From a virus: DNA of 64,000 nucleotides. Below, piece after piece: positions 58,401-64,000 of this stretch. Made by a program: the position numbers and the translations under genes. The notes below the pieces were generated by a model. It was not told where the DNA came from and did no database searches. It saw nothing but the letters and a program-made list of their open reading frames with translations. Every line of letters begins with the position of its first letter. Positions within the stretch are counted from its first letter, which is position 1. The DNA is taken from positions 32,001-96,000 of IMG/VR virus record IMGVR_UViG_3300042350_001802; one strand, written 5' to 3'.

Positions 58401-60644
58401 ATTAAGGTTGAGATTATAAATCAATTGATTAAAACTAATAAGATTGGTTCTTTTATTCCTAAAAACATTGTAGAAGAAATCTTGAATGTTGCTGGTGATC
58501 CTAAAGTGATGGGCACTTATTCTAGCGGTGCAATGGTGAGTGATGGTGCTACTATTGGTGAAACACGTTTTCCAAATGCTTCTGAAGTAGTTGTAGAAAT
58601 ACCAATCAGAAATCCTCAAGATTATACCAAGTTTAAGAATGACTTCTGGGCAGCTATGAAACTCCGTGGTGCTGCACGTGCAGGTGCATTGGATACAATG
58701 CGATCTAAGTATGGATCTACAGCAGTTGGTGATTATGGTGAATTAGCTAATGCTATTGGCAGTCGTGCAGATATAGAGCGTCTTGTTAGAATGGGATATA
58801 TTTCTATTGGAAAAACTGGAGCTAACACTCTTGGTGATCTCACTTATGATACTAATCTGACACAGGATGAGTTATTTGAAATGTATAAGTTTGTTTTAGG
58901 TGGTGGTAAACTTGATATGTCAGAGTACTCCGATATATCAAACTATATCAATCGTACTTTATCTTCATTGTTTAAAGTTCCAATCTCTGCTGAACTTCAA
59001 ACAAAAATAGAATCAGAACTTTTCAATATTGAACAAGAAGAATACGATGAAGTGCCCCCACCACCTGCTGAAGATGGAGTGGTTATATTCTCCACTACTA
59101 GTAAGGGGATGGAAGAAGATCCTGCAGCATACGCAGCAAATAAAGATGATATTGAACTTACAAACACTGCAGTGGAAACTAATCCGTTAAGATCCTTCTA
59201 TCCTGATGGATATACAGATTATAATACTGGTGAGTTTGTAGAGAATAAGCAATTTAAACTGTATTACAATAAAGTGAGAGCAGTTGTAAATGCTTTATCT
59301 GTAAAGAATCTTGAGGAGTTGAAAGGTGTTATGGTCACCTTTGATATTGACAATGAGTTTCTAAGATGGGATGGATCTGCACAAGATAGTGAATGGAAAG
59401 AAGCACAGAAAGGTGTAGTAGGATACTTATCAGATAATAAAGGAAACCCATATATTTTTAATAAGAAAGGTGATATTGTTGGTACACTAGATCGTAACAA
59501 CCTTGCAGATCAGAAAGGATTAAATAATGGGGAGAACCAGATTGTATACTTCTATACGTTTGCTAATCCTGAAAGACCAGCTGCTAAAGCTGCACAAAAG
59601 AATGATCCTGAAGGTTTTGCAAAACTTATGGAAATGCGCAAGATGGTTATGTCTGGTACTCCTGTAATATCAGCACTAACTAGTGTTTCTCAAGGACAGT
59701 TTAATAAGAAGGTGTTAGTTAATCCTACTAATGCTAATAGACAAGATACGCGTAATGATGAGTTTAGAGATCAATTATTACAACCCCATGTAACATTTGC
59801 ATTCTCTAATAAGTCTGGAACACTTCTTGCAAACGTAAAAGCTCCTAATGGGTCAGTCAATAGTTTTGGATTGTTTGCACCTAATATGCGATATGTTTCT
59901 ATAAAAGTTGGTGATAAACAAATGCCAATTACAGATTATGTTATGGAACTTATGCGTGTATATCAAGAGGTGTTGCTTAGAGATCCTAAAGCAGCAGAGC
60001 AAATCCAAAGCGGTCTTGTAATGTTTAATAACAATATGTGGTTGACAGGACTTGATAAGAACGTTCAGATTCCTAAAAGTCTTCGTAGAGTGGGGGTAAA
60101 AAAATACACTACAACAGCACAGGGTAAAAGACTACCTAGTTTAAACTATTATGATTTGTTTAGCGTGGTGAATGGTGTTGTAGTAATGAATGATAAAAAT
60201 GCTCAGCTTTTAAGAAACTATCTGAATAACCAACCTATGAATATTTGGTCTCAGTGGTTATCTGGAAAGCAAGAGTTTATGATTCCAGTGATTGTTACAC
60301 GTGGTGATGAAAGAAGTATTACATTTGTAAAGAAAGATTATAAAGAGTTCTTATTCAAGGATGTAGGGTTGAAATCTAATGTTGTAGAGATTCCTGCAGA
60401 GGAGTATTTAACAGCATATAATTCAATTGTTCACTTTACAGAAGGACAACCTTTGAATCCTGTAACACAGGTGATAGCACCAACAACACAAGATTTGATT
60501 GATGATCCAAACGCGATAAAGAAGTCTATTGAAAACGTCGGTGATGATGTTAAAACAGATGAAGAAGAAATTAAAGCTCTGAAAAAAGGAAGACGTTTTA
60601 AAGTTCCTGGGTACACTGAAATATTTGAAAAAATCTGTAGGTAA
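52461..60644 (+). CDS. Giant virion cargo protein with membrane-like N-terminal region and zincin domain
   Basis: 2727 aa; hydrophobic GFTLGTIGAFA...APETGGAS and EGVQEVGQ segments; LILHELLHRV...EFVIEA zincin motif near 57740-57930. Confidence 0.7.
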   Translation: MPDKSNIDPGFGVLVPNRPYDVPEQRTPVVAPPGPLYGEGPSVLQTEQEALDKFRRQAGSHFEFQSLIQPIRYDDPMYDKLQRTFDNADRDYLFQKLGFMPNRDNEDLFANNLTRWQKLGLAWDQMGELAKTTFAEQWETEAEFWGNLATARVKDAFLPFGDQEELQSMYDNMQSISSNNYIPLTSEERAGDYGFGKFSTALGQFGFTLGTIGAFATQLGLEYAFAALTAPETGGASIVAAGASTANKASRLLRIAEMFKNLNRFENTAQTTNKIKQAYDYLTNTQNLKTGFGKFYSFSKQWNAAAGEAKFEAAFSYGDHVNSEIEKAKQQGITLSFADRERIEKDGMEIAMRNGITNTGLLFVMNRMNMNNLFRGPFNPQRRYMTELASSIQDDLVKVGGKTMSRFEVPFFTKQGMLQAGKSLGTWTANSAWEGVQEVGQGISSNYWEAFYDNKYSEEKVNNLYLLGKTIGDRLESNEAFEEFISGFIIGAPGSMVNAGLGRLMTSGAQRAQYKQAVSDYAKKINEYENDPLRVFDQRKANANTQMSVSSQMDEAVRTNNVYAYKNLSKEQMRDMIMLGIRTGKLDYMIGNMKDQVANMSDEDFQKQFAMVSDATNRKKATDYINAFEQESINILKEYDKTKQLFPNPYSNTKNVAKGSPEEINQKIKYQAWEDAVQDLVFERNNYNDTLKRMREILGDSKDYIGDALYNTYQMLTSDRSVDKEISMLQLEIANDLKIENKDKSVLDRINKKKKQIEALKKWRQSYTAIVDFRDNPQPIDLLQDSTADQEWKNKSRDVFEEVLNAYQLDEDLTPLTSENVGRAYQGVLDFIQLQKDNETAVKNISFLSSPEGFDQNFGQRALQAELFYNKVLQNRKETIQKREAVLQALEEDAEFYNRPDVQELVQILNQTIAESEHDASAVILDMLQEIYEKGEIAEPVNIEDTSKDSADKPLIGETPEGDYLIAFEGVNYQVFKDEPELFYVEMPDGTIDPIENINVPQAVKDALKDYIAKKTQPQQPSTAVVGGPPPKSSQPSNLTFTDFLSKIANADQATLSGLAEDISKNVTTAPYSNFNNAELGMIYDAMEKRQAELDLQAQKAKPKVGTKSENDTDFIQEYNEALTKVKQIVDKEGVTANEVKAAFASMMTVLNTLADAAVRNKYIANLITQQNAIIDRINKINYAKNPVLIKSTIDDIFKNNTSLETAVQEILVLFENSTDPSIKEEMISYFEEAFKKKVDEMTESLKALASQGVTSEVLKKFAEETTKFRNNVIASLNELETLSGQIADETANNNYNLAVSVDESFTNPTHRYIIDNISPTIKATLSQTIAIRNLVNAGILTEDEVATTDQDILVEASDLINLGVARIFTIGINKELHRYFTLGKKDRKKDLEDIIATYLETKDDDFKGPIALETAREFIKTAEDNGQSVDVLLEALEIPTTSIISDEHRDLLDKQRRVLNDLLRNNATLDIMTSLDERQNTALSSLGMETVEPSYFIDGEFINKLSKLSKKDADKVAMKSELTALVNEVKDETDIKVANKKINTFVQKYASNNARAASNLKNVVISTVSYISQTQNAIDSGETSKEPLTDNDIKGVLSGNTVPLTLAQINQVQEFALNVVLEDAKKTFNVTSGYVGSIDFTPEMLPDPTAGFRTKFSVLRIKEAGDIRTLEDLNALLKVENNTVNTHTALRMIMDSDFSTPSEKMIAGRLLTIIPSTETITIDNAQEDLGTYDVDTNMVTINLASVGYKEDAPTYPVETLILHELLHRVIEVEASNPKSSFYNQIRSVIEVVKNNPASKTFYAFQGNLTEDEQVREFVIEALTNPAFQYHLSQIQYAKSGKTAWEKFVDVLVKMLAAVGINVDGTALGEVLNVTDDLLRFQASEETLKRISVANKEQLGELQKEVESDTTMIPSVKDAMMSLINKKLQGYASAEMYNKTKTMNPFKGSDGITYYYAIDNGSLLVVRKGRDGYKESKKQSIKVEIINQLIKTNKIGSFIPKNIVEEILNVAGDPKVMGTYSSGAMVSDGATIGETRFPNASEVVVEIPIRNPQDYTKFKNDFWAAMKLRGAARAGALDTMRSKYGSTAVGDYGELANAIGSRADIERLVRMGYISIGKTGANTLGDLTYDTNLTQDELFEMYKFVLGGGKLDMSEYSDISNYINRTLSSLFKVPISAELQTKIESELFNIEQEEYDEVPPPPAEDGVVIFSTTSKGMEEDPAAYAANKDDIELTNTAVETNPLRSFYPDGYTDYNTGEFVENKQFKLYYNKVRAVVNALSVKNLEELKGVMVTFDIDNEFLRWDGSAQDSEWKEAQKGVVGYLSDNKGNPYIFNKKGDIVGTLDRNNLADQKGLNNGENQIVYFYTFANPERPAAKAAQKNDPEGFAKLMEMRKMVMSGTPVISALTSVSQGQFNKKVLVNPTNANRQDTRNDEFRDQLLQPHVTFAFSNKSGTLLANVKAPNGSVNSFGLFAPNMRYVSIKVGDKQMPITDYVMELMRVYQEVLLRDPKAAEQIQSGLVMFNNNMWLTGLDKNVQIPKSLRRVGVKKYTTTAQGKRLPSLNYYDLFSVVNGVVVMNDKNAQLLRNYLNNQPMNIWSQWLSGKQEFMIPVIVTRGDERSITFVKKDYKEFLFKDVGLKSNVVEIPAEEYLTAYNSIVHFTEGQPLNPVTQVIAPTTQDLIDDPNAIKKSIENVGDDVKTDEEEIKALKKGRRFKVPGYTEIFEKICR

Positions 60645-63600
60645 TGGCAAACAACTGTTCAATTAACATTAAAGCTGATAAGCTACCTATTGTACTTAAG
60701 AAGGTAGAATACTATATGTTTAAAGCGTTAGATCGCTCTGGCATATCCTTTTTACAACTTCCTAAAACTAATGTAGATGAAAAACTTCAGCTTTTAGAAA
60801 ATGCACGTTTGTTGCTTGAAGAAGATATTCTACTCTATTCTAAAAAAGCAGTGAAGTTAAAAGATACAGAAGAAGGTGCGTTATATGAGAGTTTTGCACA
60901 AAACCTACAGGGTATAAATGCAAACTGGTCTGAAGCATCTGCATTGTTTCTAAAACACTTTGGTGGTATTATAAATTTAAGGACAAAGTTTAGACTTGAT
61001 GAAGCGGGTCTTATAGATTTAGATGAAACAGTGGATGAAGAAGAAGCTTTAAACACTAAGTTTGTATATGATCAACCAGCAAATGAGATTGATCCTGTAG
61101 ATAATATAGATAAGGGGATTGAATTATTTCTAAGATCTATTACTAAAAAGGATGTTTTTGACGACTATGGGTTTAATGTACTAGTAGACTACGGATCTTT
61201 TGTACGTCGTCTATCAACTGATTTAGAGAACACTGTAAACACTAATGAGATTATTAGTCGTTTAGAAACATTAAAAACAAGTGTTCCAGAATACCAGCAG
61301 ATATTAGATAAGCTTCAGTTTAAACCTACAGATAATGCTGATGACCTTCAGTTTAAAATAAACTTCCGTAATTCTTTTGCTAAAGCATTGATTCCTATAT
61401 ATGTTACATCTTTAGAGAATGGGGTTGTTAAGGTGATAGAAGCTACTACAGCTAAAAAGAATGCATACGAGCAAAGAGTTAACTCTAACTTTTTTAGACG
61501 CGGGATGCCTGTAACTGTAAATGGTAAAAAGGTAAATCTAGCAAGTAAAGAAGGAGGGGTGTGGGTGCTTACTAAGAGTGATCTTTCTAAGCTTCAAAAG
61601 TTTATGGATGAGAAATCTATTCCAGCTGGAGAGATTACAGAAAGAAAGATTCAATTTTTAGAAGCACTCGGATTTGAGTTTTCTCCTGAGTCAAGAGAAC
61701 TTTTAAAAAAGGTTAGCAATCTTAACACAGTTGTTAAATATATATACGATCATACAGTAAGAATATTAGAAAAAGGTGATAGGATTAAAAGTCCTATTGA
61801 TGCCATTTCTAAGACAGTCTTTATTAATAAGAAGAAATATCAGGGACAGAGAGGTAATCTTAATATAATTACCAACTTTGAGATTAAATATAATAAAAGC
61901 TTTAACACTGAAAGAAGTATTGTAAATCAGGATGGTAATAGACAGCATGCTATTCAACACCATAACAATTTTACTATTGTAAATAAGTTCTTATCTGATC
62001 CTCAATCTTATCCTACACTTCAAAGTATAATTCAATCAGAACCATCTATGTTCTGGTTAGATCCTATACGCAATCCCTCGATTGCAAATAGTGTTCTATT
62101 GAATAGTCTATTTTACTATTCTCCTCAAGATCCAAACTTTGGTGCTAGAAGACGTGTTACTAAAAATCAGCAGGGTGTTGTTTTTTCACCAACTGAAGGT
62201 GAATTTGTTACAATCAGTGTTACCAACACTGGTGGTATGCAAATGAAAGATGAGCGAGGTCTTAAGAGTGATTCTGCAGGTAGTACTTCCTTGACAAGTG
62301 TTGATAAACTCATACAGGATATAAATATGTTTATGTTCCGTGGGATTACAAGTGTTCAACGACTTTCAGATAAAGCTACAGATCTTGGAGTTTCATTAAA
62401 CTATTATATTGATCCAGTAACCGGTGCTCCAGTGCAGCGTATATTAGGTGGTGCAACAAATTACGAAAGCATATTTAATACAGATCAGTTTTTAGAGAGT
62501 ACGTTAAATGCTTTGCGAGATGTAATGAAGTCTGCGTATTTAGCAAAAAATGGATTTTACGATGAGTTGGCAGTAGCAAGTAAAACTATAATGTCACCAT
62601 CTAACTTTGGTGTATTTACTAGTATATTGAGTAGTGATGTTAAGTCTATTCTTAACTCAATGATTGATAATGCAGTATCTGTAGAAGATATTGATAATAT
62701 GATGTTAGAAAACACTGATGAAAGAGAAGTGATTCTTTTTGATATTCAGGAGTATATGACAGAGTATAGAGAGCGTTTTAAAGATCTCTTAAACCCTGTT
62801 TTATCTTTAGTTCCAACAACTAATATATTTGGTGCTGATGGTGCGGGTAAAGCTAAAGATGTGGATAATATAATTGACTACTATCTTGCTAATACATTTC
62901 TACAGGATATAGAAAACCTTAAAGTATTTTTTGGTGATTCTTTCTTCTTTAAAGCATTTCATAAGCGTAGCAGTAAAGATTCTGCAACAGGAATTTTTAC
63001 AATCATTGATGATGCTATTATTGAAAGATTTAATAACTACAGTGATGCTCAAGGATATGGTGCAAATACCAACCTTGGTGGAAGAATGCTAGCAGAAAGA
63101 CTTTATAATCAGGGTGTTATAAATAATGATTCTAAAAACTCTGTTATTGAATTACAACAAGTTAGCAAGTCTTTTAGATCTGGTGTAATAAGCGATGTAA
63201 ATTTTAAATCATCGTATATAAAAAACATTAAAGATAACATCGAGAGACTTCGTTCACAAGGACTTATTTCAGATGAGAACTATAAGTTGTATAAAGACAA
63301 TCTACAAAAAGTTATTAGCGAAAGTTATAACGGTGTAGAAGCAGATGGACAGGGTAAATGTACATTTGATTTCTATCGTATTATGAGCATTCTTACTAGC
63401 GATTGGAGTAGGGAGCATGAGGACGCATATAAAAAAATCACCTTATACGCACATTATCAGAGTCTTGTTGAGTCTGAAAAAGATGAAGCTAAGCGTGCTG
63501 AGTATTTAATGAAAAGAGATGCTGTAGGATACGACCCCCTACTTGAGGTGTATTTTCCACCTAAAAAGTTTCAATACTCTGGACCAATGGAATACTCAAA

Positions 63601-64000
63601 AGCTGTCAATGGTCAAGAGTATGGGCAAATGATTCCTGTGTTTGATAAGTTTTCTTTACAACCACTTATACCTACAATCATCAAAGGAACTGCAGATGAG
63701 CACTTAGCTAATAAAATGATGTTTAATGGTGTTGGATATGTAAAGTTTGAAAGTGGAACAAAGGTAGAAAGTCCTAAGAATAAGGATAGTTACTATGCTG
63801 AATACAATGAGTCTAATCCTCAAAGTAGATCTATATATACATTGGAGCAGATGATTGAGATGGGTAGGAACGTTCGTTTTAAATCCGAACAAACTCTCTT
63901 CTTTAATCATCTAAAGCAACAGGTTCGTATTGATTCAAATGTGCATCTAACATCAATCTTTGGTTCACAAATTCGTAAGCTTGTTTTAAGTAACATCTTA
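60644..64000 (+). CDS. Virion-packaged RNA polymerase (crAss-type), 5' portion, truncated by the window end
   Basis: ATG overlaps the upstream TAA; spot-checked segments stay in one frame. FHKR, EADGQG..TFDFYR....W, PPKKFQYSG, FDKFSL.PLIP, FESGTK and GSQIRKL resemble crAss vRNAP motifs. The catalytic DxDxD motif was not seen within the window. Confidence 0.7.
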   Translation, partial: MANNCSINIKADKLPIVLKKVEYYMFKALDRSGISFLQLPKTNVDEKLQLLENARLLLEEDILLYSKKAVKLKDTEEGALYESFAQNLQGINANWSEASALFLKHFGGIINLRTKFRLDEAGLIDLDETVDEEEALNTKFVYDQPANEIDPVDNIDKGIELFLRSITKKDVFDDYGFNVLVDYGSFVRRLSTDLENTVNTNEIISRLETLKTSVPEYQQILDKLQFKPTDNADDLQFKINFRNSFAKALIPIYVTSLENGVVKVIEATTAKKNAYEQRVNSNFFRRGMPVTVNGKKVNLASKEGGVWVLTKSDLSKLQKFMDEKSIPAGEITERKIQFLEALGFEFSPESRELLKKVSNLNTVVKYIYDHTVRILEKGDRIKSPIDAISKTVFINKKKYQGQRGNLNIITNFEIKYNKSFNTERSIVNQDGNRQHAIQHHNNFTIVNKFLSDPQSYPTLQSIIQSEPSMFWLDPIRNPSIANSVLLNSLFYYSPQDPNFGARRRVTKNQQGVVFSPTEGEFVTISVTNTGGMQMKDERGLKSDSAGSTSLTSVDKLIQDINMFMFRGITSVQRLSDKATDLGVSLNYYIDPVTGAPVQRILGGATNYESIFNTDQFLESTLNALRDVMKSAYLAKNGFYDELAVASKTIMSPSNFGVFTSILSSDVKSILNSMIDNAVSVEDIDNMMLENTDEREVILFDIQEYMTEYRERFKDLLNPVLSLVPTTNIFGADGAGKAKDVDNIIDYYLANTFLQDIENLKVFFGDSFFFKAFHKRSSKDSATGIFTIIDDAIIERFNNYSDAQGYGANTNLGGRMLAERLYNQGVINNDSKNSVIELQQVSKSFRSGVISDVNFKSSYIKNIKDNIERLRSQGLISDENYKLYKDNLQKVISESYNGVEADGQGKCTFDFYRIMSILTSDWSREHEDAYKKITLYAHYQSLVESEKDEAKRAEYLMKRDAVGYDPLLEVYFPPKKFQYSGPMEYSKAVNGQEYGQMIPVFDKFSLQPLIPTIIKGTADEHLANKMMFNGVGYVKFESGTKVESPKNKDSYYAEYNESNPQSRSIYTLEQMIEMGRNVRFKSEQTLFFNHLKQQVRIDSNVHLTSIFGSQIRKLVLSNIL

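Noticed and set aside
1783-63910. Numerous short minus-strand and alternative-frame ORFs in the track
   Set aside because: All lie within longer, coherent + strand genes and show no motifs.
1-64000. Stop-codon reassignment (code 15 or code 4)
   Set aside because: The standard code already gives nearly gap-free long ORFs.
52461-64000. Introns or inteins in the giant genes
   Set aside because: Frames appear continuous, and no LAGLIDADG/HNH or intein terminal motifs were noticed.

Overview
The whole window is the virion-morphogenesis (late) region of a crAss-like (Crassvirales-related) podophage, probably infecting Bacteroidota. It is AT-rich, all genes are on the + strand, Shine-Dalgarno sites are not evident, and TAnnTTTG host-type promoters occur. 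Gene order: end of the major capsid protein, conserved head/ring genes, a Dps/ferritin-like gene, an auxiliary capsid-like gene, tail-fibre genes (two with S74 chaperone domains), accessory cassettes, IHF-like and ring genes, muzzle/tail-stabilisation protein, ejected cargo proteins, and the 5' part of the virion RNA polymerase (absent from the ORF track because it runs off the window). Three candidate systems stand out. (1) Mucin-like Thr-tract/Cys-domain virion proteins lie directly upstream of a glycosyltransferase resembling plant peptidyl-Ser/Hyp O-glycosyltransferases (GT95/GT96), a methyltransferase and a lectin-GT fusion, suggesting a phage-made glycan coat. (2) Four cargo proteins are built from small modules separated by a recurrent (K/E/R)-hydrophobic-(Q/K)-x-G-G motif, suggesting GG-cleaved polyproteins. 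(3) A cassette between tail-fibre genes encodes a U32-hydroxylase/methyltransferase fusion, an outer-membrane barrel with a TonB-box-like motif and a permease. All family assignments come from motif recognition and synteny; no database searches were run.
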